Positions 1 through 9,800 of a stretch of DNA of 20,884 nucleotides are shown in pieces (the stretch's first letter is position 1; each line of letters opens with the position of its first letter). The notes under the pieces were generated by a model, which saw only the letters and a list, made by a program, of their open reading frames with translations, was not told the origin of the DNA and ran no database searches. Location: contig CAXHAT010000143.1 of assembly GCA_964014485.1 (NCBI GenBank), positions 1 to 20,884 on the forward strand, written 5' to 3'. This DNA comes from an uncultured Deferribacteres bacterium. Its GTDB lineage: Bacteria > Zhuqueibacterota > Zhuqueibacteria > Zhuqueibacterales > Geothermadaptataceae. Position numbers and translations under genes: made by a program.

Positions 1-20
1 CAGTCAATCGCGCACAGCCC

Positions 21-47
21 CTGGATTCCCGCCTGCGCGGGAATGAC
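21..47. repeat. dRS3/RPE-like palindromic repeat arm (CTGGATTCCCGCCTGCGCGGGAATGAC)
   Basis: ATTCCC-N8-GGGAAT at 25-44, flanked by CTGG and GAC. Matches the widespread GTCATTCCCGCGNAGGCGGGAATCCAG palindrome family. The partner arm probably lies left of the window. Confidence 0.8.
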
Positions 48-169
48 GTAAAAGTAGCGTTTCTCAGGTGCTGTTTGGGAAATTTTCAAGAGTGCGCAAC
101 ATCAGTTCATAAATGATGTTTATCTTTTCGGAAATTCCGCTGACCGGGGCGACGCCATCGATCCGACAG

Positions 170-1675
170 CTATTTCCAGCCGCGCTGCCGCCAGGCTGAC
201 GTTCGCTCTGTTGCCGGCGATTGCGTCGGGGCGGTTTTTCTCTGGTTTTGAAGCGTACCCAAAACTGCGGCCAGCGCCAGGGCGTGTTCTTCCGATTCGC
301 CCAAATCTCCGTTAAGCCCTGCGTTTTTTGCAAAATACTCATCTTCAACAAAATGAGTATCAAACATGCCCGAGCGAAATTTTTCATGATTCACCGCCCA
401 GCGGCAAAAAGGGATCGTCGTATGCACCCCCCCGACGCGGTATTCTTCCAGCGCCCGCACCATCCTTTCAATAGCCAGTTCGCGGTTTTCAGCACAAACC
501 GCCAATTTCGCGATCATAGGATCATAAAAAACAGAAATTTCATCCCCGGCGGTAACTCCGGAATCGTCCCGCACTCCCGGGCCGTCCGGCTTTTCAAGAT
601 AGACGACGTCGCCAATCGACGGCAAAAAATTATTGGCCGGGTCTTCCGCGTAAATGCGAGCTTCGACGGCGTGTCCGTTTAAACGAACGTCTTTCTGCTC
701 GACAGGTAAAGACAGCCCTCGCGCAACGTCGATTTGCCAGCGCACCAGGTCAAATCCCGTCACCATTTCCGTCACCGGATGTTCGACTTGCAGCCGGGTG
801 TTCATTTCCAGGAAATAAAAGTCGCGGTTTTTGTCGACCAAAAATTCGATCGTTCCAGCATTTACATAGCCGCAAGCCTTGGCGGCCAACACCGCGGCGG
901 CGCCCATTTTTTCTCTCATCGCTTCATCCAAGAGCGAGGACGGCGCTTCTTCAATCACTTTCTGATGTCGCCGCTGAATCGAACATTCCCGTTCCCCAAG
1001 ATGAATCACGTTGCCGCGAGAATCCGCAAAAACCTGAAATTCAATATGTCTCGGTTGCTCAAGGTATTTTTCGATGTAGACGCGACCATCCCCGAAAGCC
1101 GAATTAGCCTCGGAAGAGGCGTTGCGAAAACTCGCTTCAATCGCAGTGACGTCTTTAACGACTCGCATACCTTTTCCGCCCCCGCCGGCAGCGGCTTTTA
1201 ATAAAACAGGGAATCCGGTTTTCCGCGCAACTTCACGCGCTTCTTCAGCGGATTTTAGCGGTTCCGCCGTGCCTGGAACAATAGGCACGCCCGCCGCTTC
1301 CATGGCCTGTCTTGCAGCGGTTTTATCGCCCATCGTCCGCATCGATTCGGCGCTAGGCCCGATAAAAATGAGGCCCGTCGCAACGGTTTTTTCAGCAAAT
1401 TGCGGATTTTCGGAAAGGAATCCATACCCCGGATGAATGGCGTCAGCGCCGGACTCAATCGCAACTTTCAGAATTTTGTCCTGGTTCAAATAACTCTCGG
1501 AAACTTGCGACGCTCCAATATGATAAGCTTCGTCCGCTTGGCGAACATGCAGCGCAGATTGATCAGCATCAGAATAAACGGCGACGGTCGGAATCCCCAT
1601 TTCACGACAAGTTCGCATGATGCGAACCGCAATTTCCCCGCGATTGGCGACGAGAATCTTCGTAATCTTTTTCAT
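170..1675 (-). CDS. accC: Biotin carboxylase subunit of an acetyl/propionyl-CoA-type carboxylase
   Basis: 501 aa with KILVANRGEIA, HPGYGFLSEN, GGGGKGMR, ERECSIQRRHQK, EMNTRLQVEHPVTE and YDPMIAKL motifs. No biotinyl domain is fused. Confidence 0.95.
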   Translation of the reverse strand: MKKITKILVANRGEIAVRIMRTCREMGIPTVAVYSDADQSALHVRQADEAYHIGASQVSESYLNQDKILKVAIESGADAIHPGYGFLSENPQFAEKTVATGLIFIGPSAESMRTMGDKTAARQAMEAAGVPIVPGTAEPLKSAEEAREVARKTGFPVLLKAAAGGGGKGMRVVKDVTAIEASFRNASSEANSAFGDGRVYIEKYLEQPRHIEFQVFADSRGNVIHLGERECSIQRRHQKVIEEAPSSLLDEAMREKMGAAAVLAAKACGYVNAGTIEFLVDKNRDFYFLEMNTRLQVEHPVTEMVTGFDLVRWQIDVARGLSLPVEQKDVRLNGHAVEARIYAEDPANNFLPSIGDVVYLEKPDGPGVRDDSGVTAGDEISVFYDPMIAKLAVCAENRELAIERMVRALEEYRVGGVHTTIPFCRWAVNHEKFRSGMFDTHFVEDEYFAKNAGLNGDLGESEEHALALAAVLGTLQNQRKTAPTQSPATERTSAWRQRGWK

Positions 1676-1749
1676 CGAATTTTGGATTTCAGAGTTCGCT
1701 AGAGTTTAAGTGGCGACTGTAAATGCGGCTTTCCGCTCGATTTCCGGCG

Positions 1750-1777
1750 AATATAGCGCAAATGACGGAATCGGCAA
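1750..1777 (-). promoter_or_regulatory. Putative sigma70 promoter for the biotin carboxylase gene
   Basis: Minus strand reads TTGCCG-16 bp-TATATT, about 75 bp upstream of the ATG at 1675. Confidence 0.45.
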
Positions 1778-1826
1778 ATTGTTTTTCGCGCAGTGCAGGC
1801 GTCAAATCCCTCGCGTCACGTCTCCC

Positions 1827-1863
1827 TTGACTTGTTCACCAATCATGTTTTTATTGCAATAAA
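1827..1863 (+). promoter_or_regulatory. Putative promoter and overlapping palindromic operator for the DUF11/PorV operon
   Basis: TTGACT (1827-1832), 17-bp spacer, TTTATT (1850-1855). The perfect 14-bp palindrome TTTATTGCAATAAA at 1850-1863 covers the -10. Confidence 0.35.
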
Positions 1864-1890
1864 TTCATATCAAACCTGGGACTTGCGCGA

Positions 1891-4800
1891 ATGTGCCGTT
1901 TTTCTGACTTGTTCGGAAAGCTGCGCCTCCTCCCGATTTTCACCACGATCGCTTGCTTTCTCACTTCACCGCTTTTTGCTCAAACTTCGCCGGAATGCGA
2001 CTCGATTCAGGTCGAGGCGTTTAGCCTGCGCGATAATGACGCCGGGCTCATCGTTTTGGCCACCGACCGTCCCGGCAGGGATACGCTCGTCGATTCGCTC
2101 GCGATAACCGTTCCCCAGGGGAAGGCCGGACTTTATGAAATTTTCAGTTTAATCGGCTACAACAGCGGCAACGAGCAGCTCAACGAAACTTTTTACATGA
2201 TTGTCGTGCATCCGGACGGGCGGAGAAGCTACCCTATTTTCGCCAATATTCCCAAAGAAGAAGTCGGGAAAGTCGACGCTAACGGCGATTCGATCAGCTA
2301 CAACGTTATTCTGGACGACGGCCTGGAGGATAACCACACCAATGAACGCCAAGCCGGGATTTTCTATTTCGAAGAAGGCCGCAATATTGTTGAGCTGCAT
2401 CATTACAACGACATTGCGCTTGAATTTCCCCAATTCGTTAATTGCCCGGACAGCGCCACCACAGGACGAAACTGCATCATGGGCGATCCCGATATTATCC
2501 AGGGCCCGCAGAGCGTTCGTGTGAGCATTTTTACAATTGTAGAATTATGCGCCGATCTCGAATTAACGCAGTCGGCGTTTACCGGTGCGACCGCAATCGT
2601 GAACGGCGATACGGCTTTGGCGGAGTTTGAAGAGCGTCAATTTGAGTACCTCCTGACCGTCAAAAACAACGGCCCGGCCACGGCTCAAGATTTTACGTTG
2701 ACCGACACCATTCCTTCCTTACTCACGCCGGATTTTGGCCTGCGCCCCCCGGACGCCGAAGTTGATGACGGGCAAAATCGCATTGTCACCTGGAATTACA
2801 CCGGAGCCGATTCCTTACCTGTCGGGGCTGAAGATTCCATACGTTTCAATGTTACCGTTCCCATTGTCGCCGAACCGCTGCCTTTTCCATTGTTCAGCGC
2901 CGCAAGAACCGAGATTGCGCGCGACCCCGTCCCCGAAAACGATTATGATTCAACGACGGTTTTCGTTGTCGATTCATCGCTGGCCTTTTTCCCGAATTTC
3001 GATCTTGGGATAGACTATACCGCCGACCAAGACACGGTTTTTTCCGGCGAAAGCTATTCCTACACGCTCACGGTGACGAACTTTGGGCCTGGAGACGCGG
3101 GCGCGTTTACGGTCACCGACACACTGCCTGCTCAAGTCACTCTTATCGATCCACCGCCGGATTTTGGCGGTCAGGCGACCGTGACTTTCATCAATAATAT
3201 TCTTGTCTGGCAATTCAACAGCTTGCCGCGCGACAGCGCCGTCTCCGTTTCATTCGGCGTCACGGCGGCGGAAGTGCAGACCCCGACAAATCTACCAAGT
3301 ACTGCCGTCATTGAGGCCCAGGGAGACCTTAGCCCAGGAAATAATCAGGCCAGCGTCGACGTTGTCGCAATTCCAAAAGCTGCGCAGGTAAAGTTTGACC
3401 TGGCGCACACTCACACAGCGGGTCGCGACTCTGTTTTGTCCGGCGAGAAATATTTCTACACGCTTGAGATTGACAATAACGGCCCCGCCGCCGCTTATGA
3501 TTTCACTTTGCGCGACATTTTGCCCAACGTGATTACGGTCGCTGGGGCCCTGCCTGATTTTGGCGGCAAAGCCCAAGTTTCACAAAACAACAATGTTATC
3601 ACCTGGCAAATTGATTCGCTCTTGGCCGGACAGTCTTTGGTTGGTTCTTTTGAAGTTCTGGCAGGCGGCGTTCTCGATACAGTCAGCTTGCTCAATTCGT
3701 CGTTCATTCAAGCTGAAAACGATACGACGCCGAATAACAATTTCGCTCAAACAACCATTGTCGTCAGTCCGCTCCCGACAGCACTGTTGAACTACGATTT
3801 GGCGCACACGCAGACAGTCAGCCGTGATTCCGTTATGTCCGGCGAGACGTTTTTTTACACTTTGACCATTGAAAACAACGGGCTGGCGAACGCATTCGAT
3901 TTTATGCTTCGCGACACGCTGCCAGCGGAAGTGAATGTTAGCGGAGCTCTGCCAGATTTCGGCGGCAAGGCGCAGGCTTCGCAAAACGGTGGGGTTGTCT
4001 CCTGGCAAATTGATTCACTTGCGGCGGGACAAACTTTGGTCGATTCTTTTCAAGTCCAGGTCGTCGGCCAATTTGCAGATTTCACGGACTTGATCAACTC
4101 ATCGATTGTTGAAGCCGTAAACGACACCACGCTGGGCAATAATTTCGATTTAACGACCGTCGTTGTCTTGCCGAACGTTCCGGCGTCAGCGAATTACGAT
4201 CTGGCGCATTCGCAGACGGCCAGCCGCGATTCCGTCATGTCCGGTGAAGCATATTTTTATACGCTCCAAATCGACAACAACGGCTTGTCGACGGCATTCG
4301 ATTTTGCTTTGCGCGACACGCTGCCTGCAGAAGTGAATGTTAGCGGAGCTCTGCCAGATTTCGGCGGCAAGGCGCAGGCTTCCCAAAACGGCGGGGTCGT
4401 GTCTTGGCAAATTGATTCTCTCACCGCAGGGCAAACTTTGGTCGATTCTTTTCAAGTCCAGGTCGTCGGGCAATTTGCAGATTTCACGGACTTGATCAAC
4501 TCATCGATTGTTGAAGCCGCGAACGACACCACGCCGGGCAATAATTTTGACCAAACAACCGTTGTTGTTTTACCGGACGTTCCGGCATCAGCGAATTACG
4601 ATCTGGCACACACACAGACAGCCAGCCGTGACTCCATCATGTCCGGTGAAGCATATTTTTATACGCTCCAAATCGACAACAACGGGCCGCTAACGGCATT
4701 CGATTTTGCTTTGCGCGACACGCTGCCTGCACAAGTGAATGTTAGCGGAGCCCTGCCAGATTTCGGCGGCAAAGCACAGCCTTCGCAAAACGGCGGGGTT

Positions 4801-6867
4801 GTTTCCTGGCAAATTGATTCTCTCGCGGCGGGACAAACGTTGGTCGATTCTTTTCAAGTTCAGGTCGTCGGTCAATTTGCGGACTTCACAAATTTGATCA
4901 ACTCATCGATTGTCGAGGCAGCAAACGACACCACTCCGGACAATAATTTTGACCAAACGACCGTCGTTGTTTTGCCGGACGTTCCGGCGTCAGCAAATTA
5001 CGATCTGGCGCATTTTCAAACCGCCAGCAGTGATTCCGTTTTGTCCGGCGAATCGTTTTTCTACACCTTGACCATTGAAAACAACGGCCCAACGACCGCG
5101 TTTGATTTTGCACTTAGTGACACACTGCCGAATGAAGTCGCCGTCGCTGGGAGCTTGCCCGATTTCAACAGCAAAGCGCAGGCTTCGCAAAACGGCGCCG
5201 TCATCTCCTGGCAAATTGATTCTCTCGCGGCGGGACAAACGTTGATCGATTCTTTTCAAGTCCAGGTCGTCGGCCAATTTGCAGATTTCACCGATTTGAT
5301 GAACTCATCAATTGTTGAAGCCCCAAACGACACCACTCCGGACAATAATTTTGACCAAACGACCGTCGTTGTTTTGCCGGATGCTCCGGCGTCAGCGAAT
5401 TACGATCTGGCGCATTTCCAATCCGCGAGCAAGGATTCCGTGATCTCCGGCGAGACGTTTTTGTACACCCTGACCATCGAAAACAACGGCTTGGCAACGG
5501 CCCTTGATTTCACAATGCGAGATACGCTTCCGGAAAATGTCACGCCCGTCGGCGCGCCTCCGGATTTTGGCGGCAAGGCGCAAGTTACGGCGATGAACAA
5601 CATCCTGCACTGGCAATTCGATTCTTTAGCGGCGGGACAGACGCTCACGGATTCATTTCTGGCTCACGCCGTTGGTGAGTTCCAGAATTTTACCGACTTG
5701 ATCAATTCGTCAATCGTTGAAGCTGCAAACGACACGACTCCGGACAATAATTTTGCACAAACCACGGTCGTCGTAACGCCGGACGCGTCAACATCCGCGA
5801 ATTACGATTTGGCGCATTCACAAACCGCCAGCCGCGATTCCGTTTTGTCTGGGGAAACGATTTTTTACACGCTTCAAATCGACAACAATGGCCTGATGAC
5901 CGCGTTTGATTTTACCCTTCGCGATACGTTGCCGGACGAAGTCAGCGTCAGCGGCGCGCTGCCTGATTTCAACGGACAAGCGCAAGTTTCTCAATTTGGC
6001 AGCGTGATTTCGTGGCGGTTTGATTCCTTGCGCGTCGGGAAAAGCGCCGCCGACGTGTTGGAAGTTCGCGTCGGCGAGATTTTGGTTGAGAAAGACCTGA
6101 TTAATTTCTCAAGAGTCGAAGCGGCGAACGACACGACGCCGGACAATAACGCAGCGCAAACTTCGGTGCGAGCGCTTTTAAAAGATGTCGGAAACCCTCG
6201 GAATTTCACTCTGACTCACGCCCAACTCGCTGACGTCGACACAGTGAGAAGCGGGGAATCATTCAGCTACACGCTGATCGTCGAAAACCTCGGCCCGGAT
6301 TCTTCGCTGGCATTTACGATGACGGACACGTTGCCTGATCTTGTAGAAACTTCCGGAACGATACCGTTGCTGGATTCACGCGACGGCAAAACGTTGCGAT
6401 GGCGTTTTGAGCCTTTGGCGCCGGACGAAATGCTCAGCCTGACATTTCCTGTCGTCGCCGGAGATTTTCCAGACGACAGCGTGACGCCATTGCTCAACAA
6501 AAGCGCAGTGAGCGACGGCGATACGACGCTGTTTGCGGAAACCCTCGTTTGGGGCGTAAGGCAAATCACGCCGACAGGATTGCCGATTGACTGCTTCCTG
6601 GATCGCAATATTTTTATCCCGGAGGCCGAGCAAGTTTTGGGCATTAATTTCGATCTCGATTCGCCGACGCGGGTGCGCATCGACGTGCACGATATGGCCG
6701 GCGTTCACATCGTCCAGTTAGCGGATGAAATCTTCCAGCCGGGCAGAAATCGTTACGAGTGGAACGGCGTTGACAAGCACGGCATACCGGCGGGAAGCGG
6801 TCTGTACATTATCACTTTTCGCGCAGACACTTTCTCGGATTGGAAAAAAGTGATGGTGGTGCGATGA
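1891..6867 (+). CDS. Giant secreted DUF11-repeat surface protein with C-terminal FlgD-Ig/T9SS-like sorting domain
   Basis: 1658 aa. Signal peptide ending PLFA-Q, a unique ~190-aa N-domain, ten DL..YTL.I.N.G...A..F.L.DTLP..W.IDSL..N.S.V....D..P.NN repeats, and a C-terminus DRNIFIP..I.VHDMAG..WNG.D..G....SGLYII..KKVMVVR. Confidence 0.9.
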   Translation: MCRFSDLFGKLRLLPIFTTIACFLTSPLFAQTSPECDSIQVEAFSLRDNDAGLIVLATDRPGRDTLVDSLAITVPQGKAGLYEIFSLIGYNSGNEQLNETFYMIVVHPDGRRSYPIFANIPKEEVGKVDANGDSISYNVILDDGLEDNHTNERQAGIFYFEEGRNIVELHHYNDIALEFPQFVNCPDSATTGRNCIMGDPDIIQGPQSVRVSIFTIVELCADLELTQSAFTGATAIVNGDTALAEFEERQFEYLLTVKNNGPATAQDFTLTDTIPSLLTPDFGLRPPDAEVDDGQNRIVTWNYTGADSLPVGAEDSIRFNVTVPIVAEPLPFPLFSAARTEIARDPVPENDYDSTTVFVVDSSLAFFPNFDLGIDYTADQDTVFSGESYSYTLTVTNFGPGDAGAFTVTDTLPAQVTLIDPPPDFGGQATVTFINNILVWQFNSLPRDSAVSVSFGVTAAEVQTPTNLPSTAVIEAQGDLSPGNNQASVDVVAIPKAAQVKFDLAHTHTAGRDSVLSGEKYFYTLEIDNNGPAAAYDFTLRDILPNVITVAGALPDFGGKAQVSQNNNVITWQIDSLLAGQSLVGSFEVLAGGVLDTVSLLNSSFIQAENDTTPNNNFAQTTIVVSPLPTALLNYDLAHTQTVSRDSVMSGETFFYTLTIENNGLANAFDFMLRDTLPAEVNVSGALPDFGGKAQASQNGGVVSWQIDSLAAGQTLVDSFQVQVVGQFADFTDLINSSIVEAVNDTTLGNNFDLTTVVVLPNVPASANYDLAHSQTASRDSVMSGEAYFYTLQIDNNGLSTAFDFALRDTLPAEVNVSGALPDFGGKAQASQNGGVVSWQIDSLTAGQTLVDSFQVQVVGQFADFTDLINSSIVEAANDTTPGNNFDQTTVVVLPDVPASANYDLAHTQTASRDSIMSGEAYFYTLQIDNNGPLTAFDFALRDTLPAQVNVSGALPDFGGKAQPSQNGGVVSWQIDSLAAGQTLVDSFQVQVVGQFADFTNLINSSIVEAANDTTPDNNFDQTTVVVLPDVPASANYDLAHFQTASSDSVLSGESFFYTLTIENNGPTTAFDFALSDTLPNEVAVAGSLPDFNSKAQASQNGAVISWQIDSLAAGQTLIDSFQVQVVGQFADFTDLMNSSIVEAPNDTTPDNNFDQTTVVVLPDAPASANYDLAHFQSASKDSVISGETFLYTLTIENNGLATALDFTMRDTLPENVTPVGAPPDFGGKAQVTAMNNILHWQFDSLAAGQTLTDSFLAHAVGEFQNFTDLINSSIVEAANDTTPDNNFAQTTVVVTPDASTSANYDLAHSQTASRDSVLSGETIFYTLQIDNNGLMTAFDFTLRDTLPDEVSVSGALPDFNGQAQVSQFGSVISWRFDSLRVGKSAADVLEVRVGEILVEKDLINFSRVEAANDTTPDNNAAQTSVRALLKDVGNPRNFTLTHAQLADVDTVRSGESFSYTLIVENLGPDSSLAFTMTDTLPDLVETSGTIPLLDSRDGKTLRWRFEPLAPDEMLSLTFPVVAGDFPDDSVTPLLNKSAVSDGDTTLFAETLVWGVRQITPTGLPIDCFLDRNIFIPEAEQVLGINFDLDSPTRVRIDVHDMAGVHIVQLADEIFQPGRNRYEWNGVDKHGIPAGSGLYIITFRADTFSDWKKVMVVR
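3793..6204 (+). repeat. Intragenic tandem repeat, six 402-bp (134-aa) units
   Basis: YDLAH codons start at 3793, 4195, 4597, 4999, 5401 and 5803, and the next domain starts at 6205. The central units are nearly identical at DNA level. Confidence 0.95.
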
Positions 6868-9800
6868 CAAACAAAAGAGCCTCAAAGCATCCGGTTTGTC
6901 ATTCTGAAAGAATCTTCGTTCGCGACCGGCAAAAATGGCGCTCAAGGTTCAAGAGTTGGAGCAAAAAAGATGCTTCCAGCATGACAATTTCGGGCTTTTG
7001 GGGGAGCGTCGGGCAGCGCAACGATAGGTGTCAATTAGTCAATTCCTTCGTTCCACTGATGGCCGTCGTCATCGTTTTTATATTTTTTTCAATTCCCGCC
7101 AACGCCCAGTTTCGCGCGGGAGGGGCGTTTTTAAAACTTATCCCCGGCGCACGTCAACAGGCCTTGGCCGGAAGCTTGACCGGCTCGCTGGACAACGTTT
7201 CCGCAATTTACGCCAACCCCGGCGCCGTCGGATTTTTGCGTGAGTGGGGCTGGAACGTCGCCTACACAAGTTGGGTGCCGGGAATCTACCACACCTCGGC
7301 TTTTTTCGGGAAAAATATTGCGACCCCCTGGAGTCGGCAAACGCGGTTCGCGTTAAGCGCATCTTACCTCGGAGTGAAAGAATTCGACAGTTCCGGCGGA
7401 AGAGCTCCGGCGGTCAGCGGCGGCGATTTTTGGGTGGCGGCGAGCATCGGCCAGCCTTTCCGAAAAGCGCTGAGCGGGTTTGCTCTTGGGGCGAATGTCA
7501 AATATTTGCGCAGCCGCCTCGACAATTTTGATGCGGGCGCCTTCGTACTGGATTTGGGCGGGATGTATCGAACGAAGCAAATTCGATTGATGCAAGGGGG
7601 GCTCCTGGAGCACGGCGTTTTTTCCCTGGGCGCCGGCGTCACCCACATTGGCTCCTCGTTAAATTTCATGAATTTTAACACGCCTCTGCCGTTTACTTAT
7701 CGCTTTGGTGCAGCTTTTCACGCCGGTACGCATGATGGGCTGCAGGCGACGGTTTCGATTGACTATCGCAGCACGCGGGACGAGGAAGATTTTACGTCGC
7801 TGGGTTTTGAATTCTCATGGGCAAGCTTGCTGACATTTCGTTTTGGCTACAATCTCGAAGACCTCAACCTTTTCAATCGCGCCGGGGCGGGGATGAGCAT
7901 TGGCTTGACGGATTTGCGGCTCAGTCCAAAAAACCTCATTCCGGGCCGCAACAAAGCCGTCCGGTTTGATTTCGCCGCCCTCAACAATTCCGATTTTTTT
8001 GGCGAACCGTACCACGGCGCTATCAACCATTACGCCATTCGTCCAGAGCGTTTCGATTTCGCCTCGCCGCCAAACGACGCGCTGATCAATTCCGAAAATA
8101 TTGTGCTGAATTGGTCGCACTCGCGCGATCCGGATTTGTTGGATGACGTCACCTACTGGCTGCTCGTCGATCCAAGCAGAGATCGAATTTCAGAGGCGCT
8201 TGAAAAATTTGAGAACGGCGCTCCATTCTGGAATTTGCTCGCCGATGAATCTTTTTTTCGCAATGATACGCTCAAACAAACGGAAATGAGGCTTGACCTC
8301 GACGCGACGGTTTGCGAAGAATATTTCTGGACGGTGGTCGCAGTTGACAAAGACCGCCATTTTCGCGTCATCGGCGGCGAGAAAAAGCGCATCGCCAATT
8401 TCCGTGTAGCGTTGCCTGATTTACAAGTGACCGACATCCGCGTTTTGCCCGACACGACTTTGCAAGGTCCGCGACAGGGTGCTGAAATTATGCTGTTTAT
8501 CACCAACGTCGGGGAGAGCGCCGCTGAAAATTTTTCTGTCGAATTTGCCGATTCGAGCGATTCATCTCCAACCCTGACAGAGTTTGAAACTCTGTCAGGG
8601 TTAACTCTATTGCCCGGAGCACTAGACTCCGTCGCCGTTTCCTGGCGCGCGGAAGGTTTTGCGCAACACTATGTAACGGCAATGCTTGACCCCGCCAACA
8701 CGGTTCCGGAATGCAACGATAGCGACAACCGCCTGATTTTTGACCTGCCGAAACCGCCGCCGATGGGTCATGATCTTGCAATCGTCAAAACCGCGAATCG
8801 CGATACCGTTTTTGCTGAAGAAACTTATGCTTATACGTTGACCGTGTGGAACAACGGTCCGATCACCGCCAAAAATTTCACCGTCGAAGACGTCCTGCCA
8901 GATCATTTGACGCTCAAAAACGCCTCGCGCCCGACGGAGTCTGAAATCGCGGAAGAGCGCAAAATGATTTGGCGTTTCGATTCTCTGGCAGTCGGCGATT
9001 CGCTAACGATTCAATACGAAGTAGAAACGGAACCCTTGTTGTTCTCGCCGGGAGCGCCGCTGGATTTGGAAGGCGTCACCTTTGAATTCAACAAGGATAT
9101 TTTGACCGCAAGCGCCAAAATCAAGTTGCAAGAATTTGGCAGAGCGATGAAGCAGGTTTTGGAGCTGAATCCTGGGCTATCATTTGAAATCGGCGGGCAC
9201 ACGGATGATATTGGGACGCACGCTTATAACGACCGGCTTTCTGACGCTCGCGCCAAAAGCGTGCAAGCCTACTTGGCCTCGCTTGACCCGATTCATGAGC
9301 GTCTCACAGCAAGAGGTTATGGCGAACGTCAGCCGATTGCGCCTAACCACACGCCCGAATGCCGCGAGAAAAACCGCCGCGTTGAAATCAAAATTCCTGC
9401 GGATACAAGAATCCCGCAACGGACTTTTGTAAACAAGAGTTTTGTCAGCACCGGCAATGATCCGGACACGACGAATAATTTTGCCGAGGCGACGGTGCAA
9501 TTCAAGCATGTCAAAACGCCGCCGCCGGGAGTTATCGTTGTAAATTTTGGCTTTGACAGCTCGAACCTGGGCGATGAAGCGAAACAAGCGCTCGACAATG
9601 TTTTGCCGGCTATTGTGACTGAATTAAGAAAAGACGCCGAGCTCTACGTCGAGATTTCAGGACACACGGACAGCCGCGGCTCCGATCAATACAATCAGCC
9701 GCTTTCTGAACGCCGCGCCAAGTCCGTACTTGAATACTTTTACGCCAATTGTATTCGCCGGGAGCGCATGAAGGCGCTAGGCTATGGAGAGAGTCGCCCC

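Noticed and set aside
64..387. 107-aa minus ORF overlapping the end of accC, considered as a frameshifted biotin-carrier domain
   Set aside because: No AMKM biotinylation motif, and accC ends with a normal SAWR-type terminus.
3292..5648. Recurrent minus-strand ORFs sharing ERINLPG-like peptides
   Set aside because: They repeat only because they are antisense to the 402-bp coding repeats.
3793..6204. Possible CRISPR array or DGR template/variable repeat pair
   Set aside because: The units are in-frame protein domains with no spacers. The differences I inspected are not adenine-restricted, and there is no cas or reverse transcriptase gene.
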